Source: Promethearchaeota archaeon
GTDB lineage: Archaea; Asgardarchaeota; Lokiarchaeia; Sigyniarchaeales; SOKP01
DNA length: 32,055 nt
Assembly: GCA_019057865.1 (NCBI GenBank)
Contig: JAHLWP010000040.1
Location: forward strand, 1-32,055
Direction of reading: 5' to 3'
Position 1 is the stretch's first letter. Every line of letters begins with the position of its first letter. The notes beneath the pieces are model-generated. The model was given only the letters and a program-made list of their open reading frames with translations. It was not told the DNA's origin and ran no database searches. Positions 9,019-17,605 of this stretch are shown in pieces. The translations under genes were made by a program, and so were the position numbers.

Positions 9019-12000
9019 TTGATAAATTTTTCAAAAGAATTAAATTGTATATATCAAAAAATTGCTGAATTGGATTATAATGAAAAATATATCCGAAAAA
9101 ATTTTTTTCATAGTCCAATTAATAGAGATGAAGCAATTAAATATATACAAGAGTTATTCCCAATTCATTTAGCTAAATCTCGTGAAATATTCAAAGAGAT
9201 TCTGACTTTCCCAACAGGTTGTGGAAGAATTAATATTTTAGATATTGGATGTGGTCCATTTACTTTTTCTCAAGCGATTTTAGAAGAACTTATTTGGCGT
9301 TCAAAAAGATATTCTAATGGGATATATAAAATTAATATCAAAGGTGTTGATTTGTCAGAGACACAATTGGAATTTGGAATGCAAATGCTAAATGATTGGA
9401 AAAAAATTAGAAAAGATTCAGGTTGGGATATTAGTACATCTCCATTAATAGATAACGCGAATTTTGATTCTTCGCATTTAGAAATAATAGATTGGATTAA
9501 AAATTCAGAGTTAGATTATTTAATAATCGGATTCAGTGCCTCAATATCATCGGGCGTTAATAGAGCCCTAAAAATAATTAAAAAGATTTTTCCATATATA
9601 AAAAATTCAAATTTCTCAATTATTATTGTAGCACCAAAAGAATATGAAAATAAAAGAGATTTGGATAAAATAAGAGAATTCTTAACAAAATTTACTTCCT
9701 TAAATTTAAACTATAAAAAACTAAAATTCTCTTTACAAAAACCTGATAGTATGGAGGTATATAGTAAAAAACGGATCATAAAAAATGTACCATTTAAAAC
9801 TCTTTTTTGTGAAAATTACATCAAAATTCATTTTTCGTATTTAAAAATATTAAATTTATTGGATTCCTATAAGAAAATGGTAATCCCTTTTAATAAAGCA
9901 AAGAGATGGCTAAATTGTAGGAAAGTAACTGATCATATTGGTCTTAAACTTTATCAATATGATTTTAATTTATCATATAATTTATTAATAAAAAATCTTT
10001 TAACTACGGGTAAATATGATTATACACAATATCCAATCAGAAAAGGACTTGATTTTCAAGCATCGAGAGAAGTATGTTTTGTACCTGTAAATATTTGTGT
10101 TCTAAATATCATCTTAATTGAGGTTTGGGGTAAGCATCTTGATAGGAGATTGCCCTCATATATTTATGGATCGCGATTAATACAAAGATTTTCGTTAAAT
10201 AGAATATTTAAAAGATATGGCTCTTTATATAGAGATTTTATACAAACTGGCTCAACAATTCCTCATAAAAGAAATATACTACTATATCAAACAGATATTA
10301 AAAATTGTTATGGAACAATTAAAAAAAAATCATTAATTAAAGATTTGAAAGATGATTTTGAAGATTTAATGGCAAGTGATTTAGGAGAACAATATTCATT
10401 TTATAGTTCTAATCCAAGCGAATCAATAGAATTAATTTTGAAATCATTAAATAATATATTTGGTGATTCTGAAGGTATTCCTATAGGATTACCTATATCT
10501 CCCATTATAGTGAATAATTTCTTAACTAAACTTGATGAAAATATTAGAGAATTACCATGTGTAAAAGATTATGGTAGATATTTAGATGATATTAGAATTA
10601 TTGTCAAAGAAGATAATACAGAACAGTTTGGAGAAAATTTTAATAAGGTAATAGACAAGAAAATAAAAGACTTAGAACTTAATCAAAAGGAAAATAAAGC
10701 TGGTAAGATTAAAACAATTGAATATTTTGGAAGTTCTATTATTCTCCAGAAAAATTCTGAACTTCAGATTTTAGAGGATATCTTCTTAGAAATAATGTAT
10801 CCGATTTATTTAGTAGGTAAGTCTTTAAGGGAGATTGATGCATTTAATACAAATTATAATAATTTGTCAGATGAACTAAGAAATATTATTATATTATTAT
10901 CATCTTCATTAAAAGAATTAGGAATCTTTATCGACCACGAGTTCTTAGAAAGGATTTTTATAACATCTTTTTTCCATAAAAAAAAGTCTAAAAGAAAAGA
11001 ATTCTCACCATTAAAAATTCCAAAAGAAATATGTAATATTTCTGAATCGAATATTTTAGCAGAAAAAATAAAAAAAATAAATATAGCATGGTATAAAAAA
11101 TATATTCAAATTCAGAATTTTATGTATAATGAATTACACGAAGAATTGTTAATTTGGGATGACATAATAAAAGATTTGGAAGATCTTTATAATAATTATG
11201 ATGATAATGAGAAAACAGAAGAATATCAATCAATGAAGAAAGAACTTTTAAAAAAATTAAGTAAAAATAAATTTATTTTATCCTTTAGAAAAATTAGATT
11301 TTTAGCATATAGATTATCTCTTATTAAAGCAATACAATTTAAGGAAAAAGATAATCCGATACTCCAAAAACTTATTAAATTTGATTTAATAGGTTTTCCA
11401 ATAAAATTAACAGGCTTATTATGTTATAGGTATGGTCATATTGATCTCCTAAAGAATAAATTAATAGAAAGTTGTAAAAGAGGACATCATCCACTTACTA
11501 GTGACGAAGAAATTTGTCCTAGAATTTATGGAAATGAAATAGGTTCTCTAATTCATCTTCTTGGTCTGTATTTTGAAGAAAATAATGATAATTTTGATTC
11601 CGATGAATGGAAAGGAGTTTTACAATTCTTTTTAGAAAATGGAAGATTTGATGAAAAATTATCAACAACGGAATTTGTATTAAGATTAAATATTAGTAGT
11701 TTATGGACTTATAATTTTTGGTTGCAATTATTAGAGCGCGAAGGCAATGTTTTCATTATAAAGAATTTAGTATTATGTGTAGCCTCACATGACCAATTAC
11801 AAAATAATATCCCTATGGAAGTAAAGAATAAATTGATTAAAATTTATAAGAAAGATGAGGTTCTTATTAATTTAGTTTTACATTTATGGAGTAAAATACA
11901 GAAAGATGGTATAAAAATTCTATTTCAAAAAGATGATGTTTTAACTCTAATTGATTTTTTCGATAAAGAAATAGATTATGAATTAGAATTGACGTCTGAC

Positions 12001-12099
12001 TATGAATGGGAAGAAGGTTTTGAGATAAACGAATTTTATGAAAGTGATGATATTCTAGATGACTTACCCGATGATTATGGAGAAGATGAATATTATTAA
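9019..12099 (+). CDS. SAM-methyltransferase / reverse transcriptase fusion (UG/Abi-DRT-like RT) with a helical C-terminal region and an acidic Tyr-rich tail
   Basis: Methyltransferase motifs ILDIGCGP and GVDLS. RT motifs IYGSR, QTDIKNCYGTI, GIPIGLPISPIIVNNFL, YGRYLDDIRI and LELNQKEN. SD GGAGTGA precedes the TTG start. Confidence 0.9.
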   Translation: MINFSKELNCIYQKIAELDYNEKYIRKNFFHSPINRDEAIKYIQELFPIHLAKSREIFKEILTFPTGCGRINILDIGCGPFTFSQAILEELIWRSKRYSNGIYKINIKGVDLSETQLEFGMQMLNDWKKIRKDSGWDISTSPLIDNANFDSSHLEIIDWIKNSELDYLIIGFSASISSGVNRALKIIKKIFPYIKNSNFSIIIVAPKEYENKRDLDKIREFLTKFTSLNLNYKKLKFSLQKPDSMEVYSKKRIIKNVPFKTLFCENYIKIHFSYLKILNLLDSYKKMVIPFNKAKRWLNCRKVTDHIGLKLYQYDFNLSYNLLIKNLLTTGKYDYTQYPIRKGLDFQASREVCFVPVNICVLNIILIEVWGKHLDRRLPSYIYGSRLIQRFSLNRIFKRYGSLYRDFIQTGSTIPHKRNILLYQTDIKNCYGTIKKKSLIKDLKDDFEDLMASDLGEQYSFYSSNPSESIELILKSLNNIFGDSEGIPIGLPISPIIVNNFLTKLDENIRELPCVKDYGRYLDDIRIIVKEDNTEQFGENFNKVIDKKIKDLELNQKENKAGKIKTIEYFGSSIILQKNSELQILEDIFLEIMYPIYLVGKSLREIDAFNTNYNNLSDELRNIIILLSSSLKELGIFIDHEFLERIFITSFFHKKKSKRKEFSPLKIPKEICNISESNILAEKIKKINIAWYKKYIQIQNFMYNELHEELLIWDDIIKDLEDLYNNYDDNEKTEEYQSMKKELLKKLSKNKFILSFRKIRFLAYRLSLIKAIQFKEKDNPILQKLIKFDLIGFPIKLTGLLCYRYGHIDLLKNKLIESCKRGHHPLTSDEEICPRIYGNEIGSLIHLLGLYFEENNDNFDSDEWKGVLQFFLENGRFDEKLSTTEFVLRLNISSLWTYNFWLQLLEREGNVFIIKNLVLCVASHDQLQNNIPMEVKNKLIKIYKKDEVLINLVLHLWSKIQKDGIKILFQKDDVLTLIDFFDKEIDYELELTSDYEWEEGFEINEFYESDDILDDLPDDYGEDEYY

Positions 12100-12231
12100 A
12101 ATTACAATGTGGGGAATATAAAAGGGAGTTTATACAAGAAATTAATAATTTCCTTAAAGAACACCAAAACTATTATTTTATTTTTATCATTTATATAATA
12201 AAGTCGAGAATTTCTGAGAGTGGTGGTAATC

Positions 12232-12351
12232 TTGAAATTTAAACTCATTGAAATAGAAATTGAAAACTTTCTTAGTTATAAAAAAGCTAAATTTTCAGAA
12301 TTAAAAGATTATAATGTTTTGATTGGAAAAAATATTTTAAAAGTTCTATAA
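12232..12351 (+). pseudogene. 5' fragment of an ABC/AAA ATPase gene, truncated within Walker A
   Basis: LKFKLIEIEIENFLSYKKAKFSELKDYNVLIGKN-ILKVL* aligns with MELKIEKIELFHFLSYVRAEFSNLNNYNVLIGKNNSGKS of 5707-7608. GGTGGT SD-like site upstream. Confidence 0.8.
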
Positions 12352-12395
12352 AATATAATATAAATAATTTAAAGTGATCCAATATGGGATAGAAT

Positions 12396-12572
12396 ATGAG
12401 TAACGAGAAGAAAATCTTCACTTTAGAGGATGTAAAATTAGCTTCAATGGGTCCAGATACTATTGTTTATATCCCACGAGCTTTAATTAAGCATAAAATT
12501 CTTGATCCTGAAAAGAGATATAACGTGCATTTTGAAGAGATTCTTGAGGAAGAACATAAAAAGGAAGATTAA
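12396..12572 (+). CDS. Small AbrB/SpoVT-like DNA-binding protein (58 aa, not in the ORF track)
   Basis: MSNEKKIFTLEDVKLASMGPDTIVYIPRALIKHKILDPEKRYNVHFEE..., a swapped-hairpin-like 'K...MG...VYIP..L' pattern. Confidence 0.6.
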   Translation: MSNEKKIFTLEDVKLASMGPDTIVYIPRALIKHKILDPEKRYNVHFEEILEEEHKKED

Positions 12573-13108
12573 TCTCCTTCTCGATAGGAGCTGTGTTTAA
12601 TAATCTCGAAGTCCAGATTGTTATCTTCTAGATGTTTAATTACATTTGGAGAAAATTTTAATACAATTAATTTTTCTTCTTTTGTTTTGATTAATTTAGG
12701 AATATAAAATTCATCAGAGGATTCTTCTAAGAGAATATAGCTTGAGAGAAATGCTGTTTTATTGTTATACTTAATATTACAAATGTAATTCTCGATATTG
12801 ACTATTTTCTTATCTTTCCTAACTCCTCTGAATTGCAATGATACTGTTTTTTTATCATTTTCAACCTTAAAATATTCTACCAAATGTGATAAATCTTCAG
12901 GATGAACTATTTTATAAAATTCTCTTTTCTTCCATTGAGAGACTTCTTCTTCACTATATCCAAATATTTTACTAAAGTTTTTATTAAAGTATTTTAAATA
13001 GCCTCTTTGAATGATAACAATTCCCATTGTAGATTTATCAGCAAAATGAAGAAATGTTTCATCCCTTAATTTAGTAGTAAATTCTTCACTTATCTCTATT
13101 TTTGACAT
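12569..13108 (-). CDS. PAS domain S-box protein
   Basis: GIVIIQ.G..KYFN..FSKIFGYSEEE...VHPEDL...FRG.RKDKK PAS/PAC pattern. Confidence 0.85.
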   Translation of the reverse strand: MSKIEISEEFTTKLRDETFLHFADKSTMGIVIIQRGYLKYFNKNFSKIFGYSEEEVSQWKKREFYKIVHPEDLSHLVEYFKVENDKKTVSLQFRGVRKDKKIVNIENYICNIKYNNKTAFLSSYILLEESSDEFYIPKLIKTKEEKLIVLKFSPNVIKHLEDNNLDFEIIKHSSYREGD

Positions 13109-13356
13109 ATTTTTTATTCCTAAGCAATTTAATTAAAAATTATTGCCTTTTTTGATAATTTTTAACATTATTAATAAAAGACCTTTTTTATTTATGCTTT
13201 TTCAAATGGGTTCTTATAAAGGAAAAATCCAAAAAAATGAAGATTTAAATTAAGGAAGTTAATTATATAATTGTTGTATAGGAATCTTCATAGGGGATTC
13301 TATAAGAATATATTCTAATATTTTAATTGAATTACAATATCCATTAAAAATAGAAG

Positions 13357-13923
13357 GTGGTAGAAATTAGCAAGGAGTTAATCTACAAAATTTGCCTTTT
13401 TGGAGAAAAAAATGTTGGAAAAACTTCACTAATTCAGGCGCTTATTCAAAAAAGATTCAATAAGGAAACAAAACCACCAACATTCATAGATATTGAGATT
13501 AAAGAGTTAACAATAAATTCTTTTAAAATTGCACTTCAAATATGGATTCTTAAATTTGATTTTCAATTTGAATTCTTTTTCCCCCTTTTTCTAAGGGGTA
13601 CATCAGGAGGTATTTTTATGTATGATATCACCAATTATTCCAGCATAAGTAATGTAGAAAAGTGGATAACAACATTTAAAGAAGGTTTATCTAATGATAG
13701 AAAGAAAATTCCTCTATTATTGGTTGGTGGTAAGTTAGATCTCTATGAAGATAGAACATTGTCTAGAAAAGATGCTAAGAGAATCTCAAAAAAATATAAC
13801 TTCTTGAAATATTTCGAATGTTCCTCTAAGGCTGGACAAAATGTTGAAAAAATCTTTGAATTTTTAGCGAGATCCATACAGAAACATGAAGATTATTTTA
13901 ATAAAACTAAACAAAATATTTAA
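13357..13923 (+). CDS. Rab-like small GTPase (Asgard-type) with a degenerate G3 motif
   Basis: KICLFGEKNVGKTS (G1), YDITN..S, VGGKLDL (G4) and ECSSKAGQNV (G5). The G3 DxxG is replaced by WILKF. Confidence 0.85.
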   Translation: MVEISKELIYKICLFGEKNVGKTSLIQALIQKRFNKETKPPTFIDIEIKELTINSFKIALQIWILKFDFQFEFFFPLFLRGTSGGIFMYDITNYSSISNVEKWITTFKEGLSNDRKKIPLLLVGGKLDLYEDRTLSRKDAKRISKKYNFLKYFECSSKAGQNVEKIFEFLARSIQKHEDYFNKTKQNI

Positions 13924-13937
13924 AGGAAAAAAAAATT

Positions 13938-14594
13938 ATGGGTGAAAAATTCAAAAGTCAAGTAGTCGCAGAAATGATAAATAATGTGGAAAAAATCGCC
14001 AGAGATTATGAGTTAGCCATTAAAAAAAACAAATTTGAAATGAAATGCCCTTATCCAAAAATAATTAAAACCTATGAAAGCATAAGACAAACGCTCATTG
14101 ATTACAGTTGGAATGAACAAGCCATGATTTTCAATGAACAAGTTAAATTTTACCAAGAAAAACTAGAGAAAGATATAAAATTGCGCGAAATTAAAGTTCA
14201 ACAAGAGCAAAAACAGAAAGAAATTGAAGAATTATATAAAAATAAGGAGATAGATACAATTAGAACAGTAATTCTATCACTCAATAGAGAGGAGAATATT
14301 TTAGATTTTGAAGAGAAAAAGAAAGAAAAAATTAAAGAGTCTGAAGAAATTTTTAATATGATTGATAATGCTGAAAGAATGGCAAAAGAATACGAAAAAG
14401 AAATAAAAAGGGGTAGAATCCTTCATCTTGATTGTCCATATGAAAAAATAATAGAAATTTATGAAGAAGTTAAAAAAAGATTTGAAAGTATTGGTTGGAA
14501 AGAAGAGTCGAGTAAATTGATTGATTCTATCGAATATTATAATAACAAACTTGAAAAAGATAAAAGATTAAGAGAAATTGAAGCGAAAAAATAA
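13938..14594 (+). CDS. Helical protein with two internal ~75-aa repeats (CPY...W...Y..KLEKD..LREI)
   Basis: EMINNVEKIARDYE..CPYPKII..W..KLEKDIKLREI vs NMIDNAERMAKEYE..CPYEKII..W..KLEKDKRLREI. Confidence 0.75.
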   Translation: MGEKFKSQVVAEMINNVEKIARDYELAIKKNKFEMKCPYPKIIKTYESIRQTLIDYSWNEQAMIFNEQVKFYQEKLEKDIKLREIKVQQEQKQKEIEELYKNKEIDTIRTVILSLNREENILDFEEKKKEKIKESEEIFNMIDNAERMAKEYEKEIKRGRILHLDCPYEKIIEIYEEVKKRFESIGWKEESSKLIDSIEYYNNKLEKDKRLREIEAKK

Positions 14595-14612
14595 TGGAGG
14601 GAAGTGACTTAA

Positions 14613-14786
14613 ATAAGGCTAAAAGTATGTTTCAAGTGTCATGAATATGTGCCTGTTCTTGAAAATAATTTTATCAATAAAAAACAATTGGAAAAGTTTG
14701 ATTCATTACATTCCGGCCATCCTGTTCAGATTGTAAATAAAGAAGAGTTAGTTAATATAAAGGAATGGAAAAATCCTTTTATGTAA
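14613..14786 (+). CDS. Small putative Zn-binding protein (CxxC...HxxH) with a possible ATA start
   Basis: IRLKVCFKCHEYVPV...HSGHPVQIV... SD GGAGG/GTGA at 14596-14607 and no in-frame ATG near the 5' end. Confidence 0.5.
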   Translation: MRLKVCFKCHEYVPVLENNFINKKQLEKFDSLHSGHPVQIVNKEELVNIKEWKNPFM

Positions 14787-14816
14787 ATTCTTTTATAAAA
14801 GAACTTAGAATTTTTA

Positions 14817-15254
14817 TGGTTTCCTAATCTTCACTTAACCGAGAAAGGTAAAAAAGTTTTGGATTTTCATCTTTTAGCAAAAGAAAAGTTGAAAAATTAT
14901 AGAACATATATTAGTAAAATTAATTATGGAGATTATGATCCTTTAATAAAGTGTTTAATATATGGTTGGGGATATATCTCTGTTACTTATAATGAAATAA
15001 AGAATTTTGAACAAGAACCTTACGAAAACATATTATCAGCAAATCTAAGAAATAAACAAAATGAATTTTGGAGATTAACAAATAGAAATTTTTATTTCTC
15101 TTTAAAAATATTCAAAACAGTATTGAATATTAAAGAACAAGATATTTTTGTGGCATTCCCTCCACTACATAAACACGAAAGAGGATGGATGTTTTATAAA
15201 TCACCTATTAAAATGTTTAGTGAAAAAACTGATTTTATTATTTATTTAAAATGA
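14817..15254 (+). pseudogene. Chimeric ORF: a copy of the 3' end of the 2781-3116 gene fused in frame to an unrelated fragment
   Basis: 14817-14861 encodes WFPNLHLTEKGKKVL (compare WFPHLHLTEKGKKFL at 3063-3107), in frame with ORF 14859-15254. In-frame stop at 14796 and no ATG. Confidence 0.55.
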
Positions 15255-15300
15255 TATTTTTATAAGAAAAAAAAGTTTATTCGTTGTTAAATAATTTTTA

Positions 15301-15498
15301 TTAAATAGTTTTTATTTCATTTTTGTTAAACCAGTATTCATACGCTTTTTTAATGCATATTCTTGCTACTTCTGTATTTGTTTTTAGACCTAAATTTTTC
15401 TTTATTTGTAAAAAATAATCATATAAAGGTTGATCCATTTCTTTTGAAAGATTTAGTCTAATACCTATTTCAGCTTCAGTTTCGTTGTTTTTATCCAT
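15301..15498 (-). CDS. Small ribbon-helix-helix-like DNA-binding protein
   Basis: 65 aa, with beta-strand IGIRLNL followed by two helices. Paralog of 15652-15894. Confidence 0.65.
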   Translation of the reverse strand: MDKNNETEAEIGIRLNLSKEMDQPLYDYFLQIKKNLGLKTNTEVARICIKKAYEYWFNKNEIKTI

Positions 15499-15550
15499 AT
15501 ATATTTGTATTTTGAGAAAAATATAATCTTTTGGAAAAATAATCCCGATT

Positions 15551-15615
15551 TATCCCAAATTATCACAAGAACTTATATATCTATAAAAATATCTATAGAG
15601 TGACAAAATTGGATA
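15551..15615. promoter_or_regulatory. Divergent promoter region with imperfect inverted repeats flanking a TATA box
   Basis: TATCCCAAATTATCAC (15551-15566) and GTGACAAAATTGGATA (15600-15615) match 12/16 as an inverted pair around AAGAACTTATATAT. Confidence 0.45.
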
Positions 15616-15651
15616 TAAAAAATTAATTATTACAAAAGAGGTAAAAAAACT

Positions 15652-15894
15652 ATGAGTATTAATGAAACGATTGAATTAAGACTTACTCTTACTGAAGAAG
15701 ATCCTCTATATCATCCTTTTTCAGAAATCAAGAAAACATTAGGAGTAAAAAAGAATGCTGAAGTGCTTCGCTTTATTATAAAACAGATTTCAAAAATTCC
15801 TATTTCTAATTTAATTCTTGATTTTATGGGTAAAAGTCCTGATTCAATTAAAAAAACAAAATCTACAAAGAAAGAGGTAAAGAAAAGTGAGTAA
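15652..15894 (+). CDS. Small ribbon-helix-helix-like DNA-binding protein
   Basis: IELRLTL..PLY..F..IKK.LG.K.N.EV.R..IK pattern shared with 15301-15498. SD GAGGT upstream. Confidence 0.65.
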   Translation: MSINETIELRLTLTEEDPLYHPFSEIKKTLGVKKNAEVLRFIIKQISKIPISNLILDFMGKSPDSIKKTKSTKKEVKKSE

Positions 15895-16918
15895 AGCAAA
15901 ATCAAAAACTTATTTATTCCATGAAATTTCTTCATATCTTCCATTATTGGAAGGAGAGGAGTTTGATACATTAGTAGAGGATATAAAGCTCTTTGGACAA
16001 ATTGAACCGGCAGTTCTTTTTGAAGGAAAAATCATAGACGGGAGAAATCGATATAGAGCATGTAAAAAACTAAAGATTGAGTTAAAAATAAGAGAATGGA
16101 AACCCAGCGAATTAATAGGTATGACACCATTGCAATTTGTTATTTCTGAAAATATTGTAAGAAGACATTTAAATCCTGCTCAGAGAAGTGAAATTGGATT
16201 GTTATTGTTAGAAGAAGAGGAGAAAAAAGCGAAAAAAAGAAGAAAGGAAACAGAAGGAAGACCAAAAAAACTGGTTATAGAAAAAAAACCAGTTTTAGAT
16301 AAAAAAGAATTTGGAGAGAAAGGAAGATCAGTAGAAATCGTAGCCCCAAAAGTTAGAATAAGTGGTGTGACTCTTTCAAAAGCCAAAAAGATCAAACAAG
16401 TTGCAGAAAAAGAACCGATAATCAAAAAAGAATGGGAAAAAGCTAAAAAAGGGGAAAAAGGAGTAGATACAGTTTATCGAAAAGCTAAAATTATTGAAAA
16501 ATTACCTGAAGACTTGAAGAAAGAAGTAAGAAAAGAAAAACCAAAAATTACCATAGAAGAAGCTAAAGTTATTGCTGAAATTCCAAGTGAAGTATTAAGA
16601 AAGCAAGAAATACTTGAGAGAGAAAGAGTAAAGAAACGACAAGTATCAGAAATTAAAAAGAAGAAAGATTTAGCTGAAGGAAAAGTATTACCTAAACCTA
16701 AGTATTTTGATAAAGACGCAAGTAAAGTGAAAGCTGTTGAAGACATTTGTAAAAAAGCTGTTGATGGTCTTACATTTGCTGGATTGGAAGGATATGGTAA
16801 AGTTGCTAGAGATGCCTGTATTAAAATGATGAAAATTCTATTTGAGCATTTGAGAGAAGAATTAAAGAAAGCAGGAGAAGTAGCACCAAAGAAGGTGATT
16901 GATTCAAATGCCTATTAA
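15887..16918 (+). CDS. ParB/Srx N-terminal domain protein of the phage/mobile-element type, with HTH and lysine-rich regions
   Basis: LVEDIK.FGQIEP....GKIIDGRNRYRAC, FVISENIVRRHLNPAQR. Confidence 0.85.
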   Translation: MSKAKSKTYLFHEISSYLPLLEGEEFDTLVEDIKLFGQIEPAVLFEGKIIDGRNRYRACKKLKIELKIREWKPSELIGMTPLQFVISENIVRRHLNPAQRSEIGLLLLEEEEKKAKKRRKETEGRPKKLVIEKKPVLDKKEFGEKGRSVEIVAPKVRISGVTLSKAKKIKQVAEKEPIIKKEWEKAKKGEKGVDTVYRKAKIIEKLPEDLKKEVRKEKPKITIEEAKVIAEIPSEVLRKQEILERERVKKRQVSEIKKKKDLAEGKVLPKPKYFDKDASKVKAVEDICKKAVDGLTFAGLEGYGKVARDACIKMMKILFEHLREELKKAGEVAPKKVIDSNAY

Positions 16919-17504
16919 AGTAGAAGATGTAGAGATTGCTGTTAGGGAAATGCTTGAAAAATGTCTTCTTATTAATCCAGTAGAAATATGTGAGTATATG
17001 GGTATTGATCCTATTATTGTATTACCACGAAGTCCAGAAGGAAAATGGGGTGGAACCATAAAAAATGAAAATACGATATATAATCTTTTACAAACTCTTC
17101 GAGAAATTCAAGTAAAATGGCGTAAAAGATGTAGAGAAGCTTATGAGTCTTTTAGAGAAGGATATCAAAATGCATCATATTGGGATAGAGACAAAAAGAA
17201 GATGGTTTATTATAAGGATGTCATGTCTTATAAAGAATTCATTGCTATGCGAGTACCAGAAGAAGGTATATACTTAATACCAAAAGTAGACAATTCAGGA
17301 GCTTATTTTATTCCAAATCCAGAAGAAGAAAAGCAATGGCGTAAAAAACATATATTAGGAGGCACGAAAACTATTATAACTAGAATTAAAGATGGAGTGA
17401 AAGCAGGATATATTGAAGATACAAAGAAGGTTCGAAAATTTATCAAAGGATTTGATCCAGGCAAACATCTAATATATAAGGAGGAAGAAGTGGAAGAAGA
17501 ATAA
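16908..17504 (+). CDS. Hypothetical protein translationally coupled to the ParB-like gene
   Basis: SD AGGTGAT at 16893-16899 and ATG at 16908. Overlaps the ParB stop and is followed by an oligo-T tract. Confidence 0.7.
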   Translation: MPIKVEDVEIAVREMLEKCLLINPVEICEYMGIDPIIVLPRSPEGKWGGTIKNENTIYNLLQTLREIQVKWRKRCREAYESFREGYQNASYWDRDKKKMVYYKDVMSYKEFIAMRVPEEGIYLIPKVDNSGAYFIPNPEEEKQWRKKHILGGTKTIITRIKDGVKAGYIEDTKKVRKFIKGFDPGKHLIYKEEEVEEE

Positions 17505-17533
17505 TTTATTTATTTATTTTTTTTTAATTTTTT
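17505..17533 (+). terminator. Oligo-T archaeal terminator
   Basis: T-rich run immediately after the 17504 stop. Confidence 0.4.
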
Positions 17534-17605
17534 AAATATTAAGTCTTTTTGAAGTTTAATCGCTTCTAAAGGCAAAAAAAAAATTTAAAAAAAGGTTTAA
17601 AAATT

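Noticed and set aside
8856-12231. Group II intron or retron ncRNA around the RT
   Set aside because: The flanks are short and AT-rich with no domain V-like hairpin or msr/msd inverted repeats that I can see. An unstructured ncRNA cannot be excluded.
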